Of a stretch of DNA of 64,000 bases, positions 1 through 12,770 are shown one piece after another; the stretch's first letter is position 1, and each line of letters begins with the position of its first letter. This DNA is from Marsupella aquatica (lineage: Eukaryota > Plantae > Marchantiophyta), in the NCBI GenBank assembly GCA_973895155.1, contig OZ316896.1:19208754-19272753 (forward strand). Reading direction: 5' to 3'. The notes beneath the pieces were generated by a model. That model worked only from the letters and a program-made list of their open reading frames with translations, was not told the origin of the DNA and searched no databases. The position numbers and the translations under genes were made by a program.

Positions 1-480
1 TCCTGATATGTACCTTCATTGAAAGAGAGAGTGAGCAATTGAACACTCTCACCTAGTACCTCCTCCACGGTGCCACTTGTTGTCTGGATGTACCATGCTG
101 ATTTTTGCAATTTGGAGTCAACTAGCCCCAACTGTTTGGCAAATTGAATTCCAAGTATGACAGGCTGAGCTCCAGTATCTAGCATAACCACCTTAGGAAT
201 GTGACCTTCCACCTGTACCACTGCAGCCCTATTATCAACAATGGCAACACTAGTGGAGACTGAAGTCTTGTCACTAGGAACAATCTTGGGCACATTGTGA
301 GACATTTTGTGCAGGACATTAGTATCCACAACCTTGTCACTGATGAGCACGTTCAAGAGGGACTGAGAATTCCCTGAACACTTAGATATAGGCCTAGCCA
401 TGGAATCAATACTCATCGTAGCACTAGAACTAGAACTAGAACTAGAACTAGGAAGTGACAAATGCATACTATATTCAGCA
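1..480 (-). pseudogene. Retropepsin-like aspartic protease region of the Gypsy polyprotein (runs off window)
   Basis: Manual translation: VDNRAAVVQVEGHIPKVVMLDTGAQPVILGIQFAKQLGLVDSKLQKSAWYIQTTSGTVEEVLGES, with the DTG catalytic motif. Not in the ORF track. Confidence 0.8.
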
Positions 481-1829
481 TGTGACAAAGGGGACGGTGT
501 CGTGATAATTCAATTATTCATGATGAAATCATTACCACTAAGTATATTAGTAAGTATATATAACTTAGATTTATATTTTGTTACGGGGTAACTAAATAAT
601 TTGACTATTATGTATGTGCATGCAAGGTAAGCAACTATGCAAACCACAAGATGCATGTACAAATTGTTTGGATGCATGTGCAAATTGTTTTATTTGCATT
701 CAATAGTCATTTTATGTGCATGCAAGGTGAGCAAATGTGCAAGTCACAAGGTGCATGCACAAATTGTTTTAGATGCATGCAAATTGTTTTAGATGCATGC
801 AAATTGTTTTATTTGCATGCATTAGTTATTTTATGCGCATGCAAGGTGAGCAAATGTGCAAGCCACAAGGTGCATGCATGCACAAATTATTTTAGGTGCA
901 TGCATTAGTTGTTTTACTTGCATGCATTATTTATTTTGATTACAATAGTACTAGCACACATTCCTACGTTGGATGTGTGTCACTTGGCTTTCATCCAAAC
1001 GGTTGGGCGTAATTTATGCCCTCTTGGATTCAATTTAAATAAAGTGGTGAGACGCACTCTCTCCTCATTCCCATATTTTGATCATTTCCGCGTTGAAGCG
1101 ATCTTCTTTTCTTCTCTCATCTTTCTCTTCTATTCTTTGCTTTATGTACATAGTAGTTGGGCATCCTTTGGCCCGGATAGCAAAGAAATGAGTGGTAGAC
1201 TTATAGATGGGACCTTAGGAAACAAGATCTCTTTGGGAACTTAGGGGTGGGGCATCCTTTGGCCCGGATAGCAAAGGAACAAGAGAGTCATTATGAATCC
1301 AGGAGGGAGATATATCCCTAATCTTCCCCTTCGTAACCCATTTTTGGTTAGAGTCCATCTTTAAGACAAGCCATCCATGAGGTAGTATTTAACTCATCAC
1401 TTTGGAGCTCAATTTACAACTGCTGTTATGAGTTCTAATGAGCCAATAGTATACCCAATAGTGTCTTATCGAGAAGAGTGGGAGTGCATTATCTTTGTCC
1501 TTTATTGAAGTCATGGATCTAAATAGGAGTCCAGATGACATTCCTATTTCATTTTCTCCTGGAGATATTATGATTGTATGTCGTAGAAAAATTAGTTTCC
1601 GAGATGTGTTGATCTGCAAGTATGATGAAGTAGGATTTAATAGTATATTAATTTTACCTGAACCTTTCTTAATACCCATCGCCCTTCTTACAAGAGTTAT
1701 CATTTTGGTTTTAGTGTAAAACTTATGGGCATGTAAGGTTAACTTCATAAGAGCCAACATGCTTTTACCAGAAAACACGGTCACCCGGACAACGGTCCAA
1801 TCAAAACCTAATGTTGGACCTTCATAACA
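481..1829. mobile_element. Probable solo LTR inserted between gag spacer and protease
   Basis: Starts TGTGACAAAGG and ends CCTTCATAACA (TG...CA, imperfect terminal inverted repeat). Flanks agca/ggca resemble a 4-bp TSD with one mismatch. AT-rich, with internal tgcatgca/aaattgtttt repeats at ~610-930. Confidence 0.6.
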
Positions 1830-2553
1830 GGCATCATAGTAGTTGATGAGGGATCTGACATAGAGTTCAGTGTTCCCTCCAGCAAGGTAATCACATCTCT
1901 AGCATTCAACTCTAGGTCTTGGCAACTAAACAATGGAGTAGTGAGAAATTGGTGTGTCATGCCTGAAATATGAAACGGAGATGGTACCATGTGATCAGCT
2001 TTTGGTGATGCATCTGGTTGCTGTACATGCCCCCCTACTAAATTCAGATTTGAGGCACCAGTTGGCAAAGAAGCTAAGTCATTCCTGCCTCCCCGTGCCA
2101 ACAAGGTAGCCTCTGAGGTTGGAGTAAGTGGTCAAAACGATTGTGGTATGGTAGCTCTGGCACCCCTGGACTGTGTTATAGGACTAGATCCAAAGGCAAG
2201 GCCATCAGTTTGGACTACCCTCCAATTGGTAGCTGCACGGGTGGCCACACTAGCTTGCTAGTGTGCAAAGTATGAGGGGAAAATGAATTGGAGAATTCAC
2301 TAGTAAGACCAGTTGTGCGAGTGGGACCAACAACGTACTCTCCAACCATGGCATCATAAGGGAGGTTGTAGAAGGACCGTGGCAGCGATGTAGTACTGCT
2401 ACTTGCAAGAGCACCAGCCACAGGTTGAACATGACCTGCTGGCTGTATTGATTTGCCTTGGAGGGATGCCAATTGAGCGCGGACTGCCTCCAACTCGCTG
2501 GTCAATTCTTGCACCTGAGTAGCTTGAGCTTGAAGAACCTTCTTCTGAGCTAT

Positions 2554-3991
2554 CTAGTACTTCTTCTTGACATTCTTGTTGAAACTAGCAGGTTTGTTGG
2601 ATGATGAAGGGGCAGCGACAACACTCCTCTTAGACTGGGCAACCGAAGAAGGGGCGACTGTGGGAGTTGGCTGGTGCCTCAAGTTCTTTCGCTCTGGAAA
2701 CTTGGAGAAACATACAGGTTCCAAATGTCCAGACTTCCCACAAAAGTCACAGTAGAGCTCACCCGGAGGGACATCACATTCATTAGCCTTATGATCTGGA
2801 TTCCCACAGTAATTGCAAGAAGGGACAAGCATAGGTGTAGAATGGGCATGCTTAACTCGTTGGGGTTGCACTATTGACCTACCAGATGCCGGGGTAGGAA
2901 CAAAAGGCCTGGTTCGTGGTCCACGACATGAGTGACTGGCCTGGTAATGAGCATGGGCAAGCTCAAGCTTCTCTGCAATGTTGTACACTTGAAGAAGATT
3001 GTAAGAATCCCCATGTCGTGCAAAGACCTGATGTAGCACCTGCAAATGGAGTGAAGGGTTACTCTCAAGTGCATCAAGATAACGATTTGCAGCCTCTTGG
3101 TCTGTGATACTGTTGGTATCCTCCTTCAACTTGAGCAATCGTTGGTACATCATTTTCAACGTTTCATCATTCTGTTGCATGAATGTAGCAAGTTGCATTA
3201 TCTTCTCTGAGCTCTTCATTGGAAATTCCTGTTCAAGAATTTGAAAGAACTCATCCACTGGATCAAGATACACTGGTGTATCAAGAGTGGGAGAGATGCC
3301 TGTAGTAGCTAGAGCAAGCTCAGCTAGACTCAATACCACGGTAGTGGGTGCTGGCAAAGGTGCACTACTAGATGAAGAAGCGGCAGCAGCAGCATGAGCT
3401 GCAATGGCAGCTTGTAGTGCTGTCTGGTGGGCACCGGCTATGGCAGCAGCGTAAGCAGGATTTGGGGTTTGAGTGACTCCCAATAACCGCCTCGAGTGCT
3501 GTTGGTACACGTCCAATGCCTCATCATGCACATACCTTGCCAATTGTTTGAATGCAAAGGCAGCAGTGTAGTGGCTCAAGTACTTGAGCTCCAACTCATA
3601 CACAACTGTGTAAAATGCTGCTTTGAATTCCCGTAGAGAAATGGTGCCAGGCCGACCACTAAACTTCCCGATTTTGCTGGATGAGCCGCTCGCCTCCATC
3701 CCGTACACTGGTGGAATTGTTGATGTCGACAGCGGAGCTAGGAATGTGCTGGTCGGAGCTGAAAGAGGCGTGTACAAGCCTGATTGTGGTTGAATAGACG
3801 ATTGAGGAACCTGTAGTTGTTGGAATCACCTGATGTGAGCTTCCTGCCCCGACAGATCCATAAGAAGTATTATGGGTGTGTCTCCTTCTAAATGATCTAG
3901 ATGATTTGAGAGGGATAGTCTCTAATGGGCGTGGGTCACTTCGCAGATGGTATGGCCGCCATGGATCCTTGCTAGAGTCACCTGAGCTCAT
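2554..3991 (-). pseudogene. Gypsy gag with two zinc knuckles (frameshift near 3780, in-frame TAG at 2554)
   Basis: ORF 2554..3777: KFSGRPG...LREF capsid-like start, FMQQNDETLKMMYQRL, CNYCGNPDHKANEC and CDFCGKSGHLEPVC (CX2CX4HX4C). The frame continues after the stop into ORF 2215..2514. Confidence 0.85.
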
Positions 3992-4189
3992 GCTGATGTG
4001 ATATGCTCAAAGAGATCAATCAATTTCCTCTAAACCTCAAAATAGAGACCAAATCCCTAAAATCTGCATGAAGGTGTTCCAACTCTTCAACACATATCTC
4101 TCTTGGTAATAGATAACGATATGTGAGATAATCATGAGGATATGAAGCACTCACAGATGCTCCTAATGAGCCCTTACATGCCCCAAGTC

Positions 4190-5090
4190 GTTGACGCAAA
4201 CAGTAGAGATCAAAGTCGGAAATTCGCGAAATTGTCCCAAAATTGCATTTCGGTGAAGTCAAAATGTCGGCGACTATATCTCACTTGATAGAGCTTTGTT
4301 TTCGGAGTTCTTTATATCGATCTTGTATGCCTCGATGAGAGATTTCCAACCATGCTAAAAAACTGCTACTCTCGTCAAACGGTTGAAGAGTTACGACCAG
4401 AATAGATCGCGGATGTTCTCAAAATGGCATTTTGAGAACTGACAATAACTTGAAAGTTTGTGTTCGACCTGTCTCTATACAAGTTGACCTCCCTCTATTC
4501 ATGAACGTCTTTCACCTTCAGTGAACTCTACAATTATCATTCAAATTGATTGATGAAGCAATCACCAGATTGCCACATCGGCGGATGTAATCCCATCAAG
4601 ATAGTTCTTCTTGAGTAATACGTATGTAGCATGTAGAGTGAGTAGTACATAAGAAACCCAGCAGCATGCCATGATGTGTTGGGAGCATCTAAAGAGTCAT
4701 AGCCAATCCTCAAATGTGTGGAGGTGCCATGGAGTGTGCTGCCATAGCCAAGTGCTTGCAATGCTAAAGCTAAGACTCAAGAAGAACTGCAGTGAATGTG
4801 CAATGAGCAATCTAAGTATGTTGGCTCTGGAGTGCTCCTAACAAAGACTATTTGCTTCAAGAACAACCAGGGTTTGCTACAAGAACATTGCCCAAAGTGC
4901 TACTAAGAGGAGAATGCTTGCTTAGAGAACACCAAGCATATCTATTACAGCTTGCATATATGGTCTCTAAATGATGAACCTAAACTACCAAAATATCCTA
5001 GCGGGCATGCACAGGGCATGGTGATGGGCGATGATAACCATGCACTCTCGCACGACATGTTAAAGAAGTTATCATCATTTTCGTTTGACA
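4190..5090 (-). repeat. Putative 5' LTR of the Gypsy element
   Basis: Non-coding sequence upstream of gag. The minus strand begins TGTCAAACG at 5090 and ends ...TTTGCGTCAAC near 4190. No second LTR is in the window to confirm it. Confidence 0.4.
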
Positions 5091-5169
5091 TTTCTTCTTA
5101 GTGTCGCGACTGTCACGGCTCACGACTTGGGCTTGCCCTTCGCCCCCAGGGAGACACTACTCCCCTCAT

Positions 5170-5830
5170 ATACGCCTTTGTGGGAGGTCATTTTGCACCG
5201 ATCACTACAGCCAACACGATTTTGGATGCTGGTTGCTGGTGGCCGACTTTGCATAAGGATGTACATCAATTCATGAAGGAATGTGATCCTTGTCAGAGGA
5301 CAGGAGGGCCAAGAGCATCTACCTGACATCCGTTATACCCGATTATACGGCTGACACCTTTTGAAAAATTTCAAAATTGATTACATCGGGCCATTAAAAC
5401 TGGTAACGTCTCCCAAGAAAAATAAGAAAATTATCTTAGCCACGGATTACCCTATGAAATGGGTAGAGGCCAGGCCGACTACTAAGGATGATGCTATCAC
5501 GACAACCCAATTTTTGTATGAGCAGATATTTACTAGGTATGGGGCACCTCTGGAATTAGTAAGCAACAGAGGAACCATTTTCTTAATAATATCATAGGCC
5601 GACTCAATGAGAGGTACTTAGGATGTCATCAATCACCTACTCCATACCATCCAAAGGCTAATGGATTGATGGAAAGAGCGAATGGCATCATCCAAAAGAT
5701 TCTTAACAAGATTGTCGCATTGCATAAAACAGATTGGGATGACAAATTGTTTACTGCAGTGTTTACTTACAATTTAGCACACAACACGACCACGGTTCAC
5801 AAGCCTTAATTCCTAACATTCGGGCAGGAT
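5170..5830 (+). pseudogene. Gypsy integrase fragment (HHCC zinc domain plus rve core), a different element in opposite orientation
   Basis: GGHFAPITTANTILDAGCWWPTLHKDVHQFMKECDPCQR, then IDYIGPL...ATDYPMKWVEA...IFTRYGAPLELVSNRGT and TPYHPKANG, with stops and frameshifts. Confidence 0.85.
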
Positions 5831-5949
5831 GCCTTGGTACCAATTCCACTGCCAAGTTCTGAGATCCCCTTGTAGATATAAATAAACACAAAGAACAAAA
5901 AGAGTCAACAGAATCTCAAAGGCAGGAGATCCAACAAAGCAGAGAAAAT

Positions 5950-7933
5950 CACAGAGAGCCAAAAAGCCCCTTTCAGAGACCTAACAAAGGCCAAGAAGGT
6001 CCTTGGGGAGACCAAAAAAGCCAAAAAGATGGTAAAGGAAATAAAAACAAAAAGAAAGAGCATTTTACAGGCTGCAGACCCCATCTAGTGGAGAAAACGA
6101 GGGAAAAGCCCATAAAGACCATGGAGTCCAAAAGCAACAATGTCAAAAGACCTACAATACAGTTCCCCTTGCATGCAGCGATAAAGCTAAAAACTCTTTA
6201 GGAACTTCCGTTGTAGAATTGAAGAGCTAAAGACTCTTTAAGAACTTCCGTGGTAGAATTGAAGAGCAACAAAACATGGAATTCCACGCATGCACAAAGA
6301 GGTGTTGTACGATGTAAACAAACATCATACAGTTTTGATAGCCAGTAGACTATTGTCGGGCAAGTCACCAACTGTTTCACCAAGTCACCAAGTTTTTTAA
6401 TTTCTTTTTTGATTTTTGTTGACTTTTATATTCTTAGTGCATTTTTAATACTCCTGAAATCTTGCTCACTTTTATATATATTAGTGCATTTTTAAGACTC
6501 CAAATGGCTTTTTAATACTTCTACCTTTCTCTCAATTTCTCTTCTCATCTTTTTGACTTCATGCTGGACAATAATCCGCACTCAAATCTACAGAGTCTTG
6601 GACCCACTGCAGCTGCAGCTGACAGATTCGGGGCACGAGAGGCCCCTTCCCTGACCTCGAATGCGCATAGAAACGTGTACAAATTTGCTTTTCTCTTCTC
6701 ATCTGCTTGACCGCAGACATTGTGGACCGTAATGCATCCAGCACGACACACTGGATGGTCTATTTGTAACTCTCCCCACCGAATTACAGATCCCACACTC
6801 ACGGACGACATTGGAAATCGAGGGTTTGCTTGCAGTCTTGGACGGAGAGTGTTGGACACCTTCGCACTGGCTACCGAAAGGAACCAGCTCACAGATTTTG
6901 GGCGAGAGGAAGCCTTTCCCTGACCGCGCTAGACTGTTTCCTGTAGTGAGAGATCTACTGGAGACCTGGGTTTATTGTGCATAGACTCCTGCAAAACGCG
7001 TGTGCAGACTTTACGGTTGGAAGAATGCGTCAGTGACTCCGCCATAGCCATTGCAGTGCAGAGCAGAACAAAACAGAGTACAGAAAACAAAGGAGAACGC
7101 CAGAGCAGAGGAGAGCGGTTAAGAGCAAGGCAAAAGAGAAGAGAAAAGAGAAGGCGAGGCGAGGCGAGGCGAGAGATATGGCAACGCAAACAAATGGAGA
7201 CTCGCCAGTCGAGAAGGACAATGCTGAATCAGTAGCGAACGGTGAGAAGGTGGATCCCTCCAAGAAGTTGCGACTCTTATGCCTCCACGGTTTCAGGACC
7301 AGCGGCAACATCATGGCTAAACAGGTTGAGCTCGCCAAGTGGGCTCCGCTCATTGACGACATTGCTGAATTGGTTTTCATGGATGCTCCATGGCCTGCAC
7401 AGGGAAAGTCTGACGTGGAGCACAAATTTGACGGCCCATACTATGAGTGGTATCAACACAGTGCGGGCTACAAAGAGGTCAGTGGCCTGGACGAAGCAAC
7501 ATCGCATTTCTCTGATTACCTCTCGTTGCACGGACCCTTCGATGGTCTCCTGGGCTTTTCGCAGGGAGCCTTTCTGGCAGCTGCTTGGATTGGCTTCAGT
7601 GAGAAGGATTTGGGGCCGAAGGTGCCAAACATTAAGTTCGTGATTGTGGTTGGAGGTGGTCGAGGTCTAGCAAAATACTTCCTCCCTGCCTACGAAGGCA
7701 ACATCAATTGTCCTTCGGTTCATTTCTTGGGTGAGAAGGACTTTACGAGGCCACACGGTGAATCGTTAGTCCAAGCATTCAACGATCCTGTTGTTATCCG
7801 ACATCCATATGGCCATGTTGTTCCCAGACTTGGTCCTAATGAAGGACAGATCTTGAGGGACTTCTTGCTGAAACAACAACAGGCTAAAATTGCATCTTGA
7901 GCTGGCAAGAATGTCCATGAGGACTCCAACATT
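5950..7933 (+). repeat. Arm A of inverted segmental duplication (upstream region plus serine hydrolase gene)
   Basis: Reverse complement of ~31555-33565. Shared blocks include agagagccaaaaag, caaaagcaacaatgtca, cttttatattcttagtgcattttt and ctcaaatctacagagtcttggacc, plus the CDS. Homology resumes at 11031-11108. Confidence 0.9.
7178..7900 (+). CDS. Serine hydrolase, FSH1/OVCA2 (DUF341) alpha/beta hydrolase family, copy 1, intronless
   Basis: 240 aa with LCLHGFRTSG, GPFDGLLGFSQG (nucleophile Ser), GEKD (Asp) and GHVVP (His). Confidence 0.93.
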   Translation: MATQTNGDSPVEKDNAESVANGEKVDPSKKLRLLCLHGFRTSGNIMAKQVELAKWAPLIDDIAELVFMDAPWPAQGKSDVEHKFDGPYYEWYQHSAGYKEVSGLDEATSHFSDYLSLHGPFDGLLGFSQGAFLAAAWIGFSEKDLGPKVPNIKFVIVVGGGRGLAKYFLPAYEGNINCPSVHFLGEKDFTRPHGESLVQAFNDPVVIRHPYGHVVPRLGPNEGQILRDFLLKQQQAKIAS

Positions 7934-8672
7934 CAGAATTTTGCCTGAAGATTATTAGTTACGCAGTAGATTTTCTATTATTAAAAACTAGCTCAATACC
8001 TGTGCGTTGCACAAAAGATGTGGTTAAGAGAAACGATGTTCTGATGTCCAAGAGATCGTTAAGAGAAAATATGTCGTGATGTTATGCCACCAAAGATGTC
8101 ATTAAGAAAAGAGATAGTCACTATGCCAAAGATGTCATTAAGAGAAAAGGTGTTGTGAAGTGTAAAATTGTTCTTCAGCAAAAAAATGTTGTTAGTCATA
8201 TATGTTGTCAAGTCTCCATGGCACAAAAGATGATGTTGCATAAATATGTAGTTGCATTTAAGATGTTGTTAATTTAGTTTGTGTACCCCTATCTGTTTTG
8301 TGTTTGACATATTTAGTGAGATATGTGTTGGAAAATGTGTGATGTCCATGTTATACAATGTGTGATTCTAAAGATGTCTTTTTGCATGATACATTATAGT
8401 GTTCAGTAATGTAAAATTTGCTACTACATGTAAACAACTATGTTATTATTTTCTTCCCACTGAATCACATGGCGTTGAATTTTCGCTTGGATGTCGTGGC
8501 TTGAGTTGGCTCTTGTGTTGTGATTTGGCCAGGCACATTGTCTACCGCCAACTGCAAACCTTGTTACGTGCTTGCCCTCTTCCAATTTTGCCACTGGATG
8601 ACCTAGTTTTTGCTGAGCATGGCTGAAGGGATGACACAAGCGATAGCCGGCGCCCGGCCATCCACTACGTAC

Positions 8673-8840
8673 CTTTCCATTGAGCCACAATCGGCCTGCC
8701 GTGAATGATGGGCTAGCGGCCACCATGGTGGTCGTGAAGAGGTAATCTAAGGTGACGCTGATGCTGAAATTGATGGGGAGAATCAGCTTCTCGTCCCACT
8801 TGCCTCAATACTTGATCACCACAATGTTGTTGGGCGCCCT
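8673..8840 (-). pseudogene. MVD: Captured N-terminal exon fragment of diphosphomevalonate decarboxylase
   Basis: Translates [54 protein letters not shown], matching the MVD signature NIAVIKYWGKRDE.LILP.N.SISVTLD. Followed by a GTACGT splice donor. No start codon and no downstream exons seen. Confidence 0.88.
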
Positions 8841-9299
8841 CTTTTAAACTACTGAATCTTTATTGACAGTCGCGAAAGGTAAGATATTACCGCTCGTGAA
8901 TTAATCCCTCCCAAACAAACAAATTTTAGACTAGCACCGGCACAACTTAGTTCAGTGTTTCATTCTGGATACATTTTCAAGCCTCCCAAGATGATTAGAA
9001 CCACATGAGAATGGAAGTAGACCGTGATGACTATTAAATGCAGGTTTTAACACAACATATCAACAATGCGCCCCGCTGAGAAGCGTATTAACAGGATCGA
9101 AAAGATGCAAGGATTCGATCGATTTAAATTGAAAGACAGAACAAACTTAAAACCGTTTGTATGCAGAAAAAATACGTTACTGGCGTTCCAATTGAAGGAG
9201 TTTGCAAAGTTGTTCTTACCCACACCTCCACATAGGTGGGGCTGCTACCGTCGCCCAAGCTCCCATAGAAGAACGGTCCTTGTAGAAGGTAGGTTGCAA

Positions 9300-9830
9300 T
9301 GTTGATTCCTCTCTATGCTCTATCCTTGGCCTCATTTGATATGTACTTCCTCTCTGTGTTCTGCAGTCCTTGGTCTTGTCTGATGTCGACTGCTCCAATT
9401 GAGAGGGTGCATTCCGTTGTCAATGTGCGTATGGTGAGTGTTTTTCTTTGCTATCCTCTTCTAATGTGCACTTCCACTCTCTCTTCTCTGGCCCTTGGTC
9501 TCGTCTGATAGTTTTTTACTGCTCCAATTGAGAGGGTGAGTTCCGTCATCATTGCGCTTTTGGTGAGCATTTTTCTTTGCTATCCTCTACTCAATTGAAA
9601 GTAATTCTCTGTTGATATGCACTTCCTCTCTCTATTCTCTTTTCTCTTCGATATCCTCTACTCAATTGAAAAGTAATTCCTTTGCTGATGTGCACTTCCC
9701 CTCTCTATTCTCTTGGCCTTTGGTCTCGTGTCATGTCTATGACTGCTCCAATTAAGAGGGTGCATTCCGTTGCCATTGTGATTCTGGTGAGCATTTTTCT
9801 TTGCTATCGTGTGCTCACTTGAAAGCTACC
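9300..9830. repeat. Degenerate tandem repeats (3 main copies plus partials)
   Basis: actgctccaattgagagggtg..ttccgt...ggtgag..tttttctttgctatc at ~9388, ~9518 and ~9742. Confidence 0.75.
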
Positions 9831-12444
9831 TAAATTGATAGTGTAGATTAGGAATATTTCATTGAGAGTGCACTTGTGTATGGTTATTCTCAATGGCGAA
9901 TCAGGGCGGGCCTACTACTAAATGCAGAGTTGGTTACTCAAGGTAACTAAACTATTTTGTGAAATAAAATTACATTATGTTTTATGGCCCATGGCGTCCT
10001 AAATGTTACCAAAAACTTGCAACAAACACGAAAGGAGGAGTGTTTTAAATTTGGAAACCAATACATTCTTGTTTGCAGTGCGGCATGATGACATGGCGCA
10101 CTATGGAGTCTCAAATTTTGGAAGGGACCTCCAATGGGGTCTGTAAGTAAAAGATGTCATTAAGTAAAATATGTGGTTGCTCGAAAGATGTTGTTCCTCA
10201 AAAGAGATAGTTTACTAAAAGATATTGTTCGGCGAAAGATGTCAATGTGTAACAGATGATGTTGTGCTAAAGATGTAGTTGAAAAATATCATGGTGCAAA
10301 CGATATATTTGTTAGAAAGATCTCATTGCGTAAAAACAAATTGTCGAGTGAAAGATATCATGACACAAAGAGAGGCAACAACCACCACCAAGTACAACAA
10401 AATGAGAATGATTTTTTATTGTCTTTGTCATTTATATCTCTTTAAACCTTATTACCCTCCTTGCTCCCCCCATCCCCGCAATTCTTTTTCCTTCTTTTTC
10501 ACTATTTTTCTTGCCTTGTCTTTTTGATTAGATTGTGCACTGTTTTATTGATTATGTAATAGTTGAAATTAAACTCCTCTCATGATGTAGCACTTCCTAT
10601 GCATGGATGATATGACATGGAGCATAGTCTGTATGGCATGGATGGTAGAGGGAGGAGCACATTGTATACACGATTAGCATGGATGGTGGAGGGAGGAGCA
10701 TGGTGTAGCATGGAGGGTAAAAGGTAATACTTTGTACTTTTCTTGCTTGGAGAACCTGTTCACACCAACCATAATTGTTTTCTTCTTAGTCCTTTCTCTT
10801 TTTCCAGTTCCCTTTTCTTTCACTCAAAAAACCTTGTAAAATTTGACTTACGATCGCTTTAAAGAAAGGCACAACCCTTTGTTATAGTTTCTAATGATTT
10901 TGATAAACGGGAGTTCACAGACTTAGCACCCAACAGCAATTATATTGCTAAATTACAGGTAGAGATTGCCTATTTATTGGCTAGGGAAAAACCGAGACAT
11001 AACATAAAACTTGGCAGCTTTTGATAAAGCTTGCAAAATATCTCGCAATAGGTACAACAGTATAGTCTACTACACACCTATATAATTCTTTCATTTAGCA
11101 CATACTCTGGAGGGATTCGGGCGCTGGTCTTTCGATGGCAGAGCTACGGGCCGGTATAACGCTTGAGGATAAGCTAGATAAGATATGTCCGCACTTCAAA
11201 CGGATGCATGCCCTCTATGGAAAGAGGGCAAATGTTTAGGGTATTTGGTTCAATATTATTTGGTTTTGTCCATTAGAGCACGTCTTGGTGCCTGTATGCA
11301 AGGCAGGGGAGTCATAACTTTGTTTAAGTGCAACCTTGGAATACAATGTCCACCATGTATACAAGGTAAAAATGGTTTTGTCCATTTGTAGGCTGCGGTC
11401 ATGAATACAATTTTTGCACTGTGAGTAATGAATATATTGTGTGGCATGTATACCATCCAATCACGGTTTGTGCATTCTTGTCTACTCTGTTCATTTTTGA
11501 AACAGATCATGCAAGTGTACTATCTTCAAAGAGAGCAAAAATCAAGCAACATCGGATATTATTTACTAAATCCAACAACAATACACACCTACATAAGCGT
11601 ATTGATCAGTTCATATTTATTATCGAGAACACATTGGTGACAAAACAGGGCTATAACTTTCCCCAAGTTGTGAACCATGTTTAGGGTTTAGGGAATATGC
11701 TAGGTTTTCTGCCTCCCATTAGCCCGATCCCACCTAGCCACAGCCCCATTAGCTGGAATCTAATGGTCATCCTTAAATTCCAGGGAGATCTAACAGCTAG
11801 AAATAATTCATGAAAATCTGATAAAGAATGTTCCTTGGATCCTTCACTCATGCTGGCTGACATTTGCCACACTGAGCAGAAAGGAAGGATTACGCCACAG
11901 TCGAGCACTCCGCCACCAATCCAGACACTAGGGGAGGGAAAAAAGAATGTGTCCTTGATGATGACTTTAACAAAAGGTCAGTGGCAGTTTCAACTTCTTT
12001 TTGGTCTCCAAGAACTGATCAGGGCCATCCATTGGGGAGAAAGTGCTGATGTTTACTTTACAAAATGTTGGGGTGACACTTTCAACCTAACCTGTTACCT
12101 ATCCTGCATGGAATGGGCCCAATTTTTGCTTACATGGGGCATATTTTTGTCCCAGATTTTAGACCACCTCTCTTGGATGTCTCTTCTTTCGGCCCTTTGG
12201 TCCATTTAAGCCATATGCATTAAAAGGGGACCCACAAGTCCTTCATAGGCTCTTCTTTTGTCATAGCTAGAAAAACTCTAGCCAAAGAACACCCTGATAT
12301 TCAAGTGGGATGGATTCCCAATCTGTCTTTTAGCAAAATAAACTAGCACCATTGGCTTCACTTAGCTTTACAAAATCTTGGGGACCATAAAAGGATTCCA
12401 AAAATGCATTTAGCCTCGTGACACTATAACCCCTCGTGACACTA

Positions 12445-12770
12445 TAATATGTAGTGTGTAAAATGGCCCTCCAGTTTGCCATGTGGTGAAAAAAACACTA
12501 TATGTAGTGCGTCAAATGGCCCTCCAGTTTGCAATGTGGTGAAAAAACACTATATCTAGTGCGTGAAATGGCCCTCCAGTTTGCTGTGTGGGTGAAAAAA
12601 CACTATATGTAGAGTCTGAAATGGCTTTACAAGAAGTGAGTGCAATCCTCCAGTTTGCCGTGTGGTGGAAAAACATTATATGAAGTGCGTGAAATGGCCG
12701 TCCAGTTTGCCGTGTGGTGAAAAACTATATGCAGTGTGTGAAACGGCTTTACAAGAAGTGAGTGCAATGA
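12445..12770. repeat. ~53-bp tandem minisatellite, 5-6 copies
   Basis: Unit actatatgtagtgcgtgaaatggccctccagtttgc.gtgtggtgaaaaaac. Confidence 0.9.

Larger units (their letters stand above)
1..5090 (-). mobile_element. Ty3/Gypsy-like LTR retrotransposon, 5' part (putative LTR, gag, protease), degenerate and cut by the window start
   Basis: Minus strand order is LTR-like sequence (~4190-5090), gag with two CCHC knuckles, spacer, then aspartic protease LDTGA. Frames are broken by stops or shifts and by a 1.35-kb insertion. Confidence 0.75.
7988..10530 (-). mobile_element. Non-autonomous Helitron-like element; 3' end clear, 5' end only approximate
   Basis: Minus strand reads TGTGC-AAC-GCACA hairpin, GGTATTGAG, CTAG|T, a canonical Helitron 3' terminus (CTAG at 7988-7991). 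aagatgt-type repeats at ~8015-8270 and ~10150-10360. Lies inside a 3.1-kb segment absent from the paralogous arm. Confidence 0.6.
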
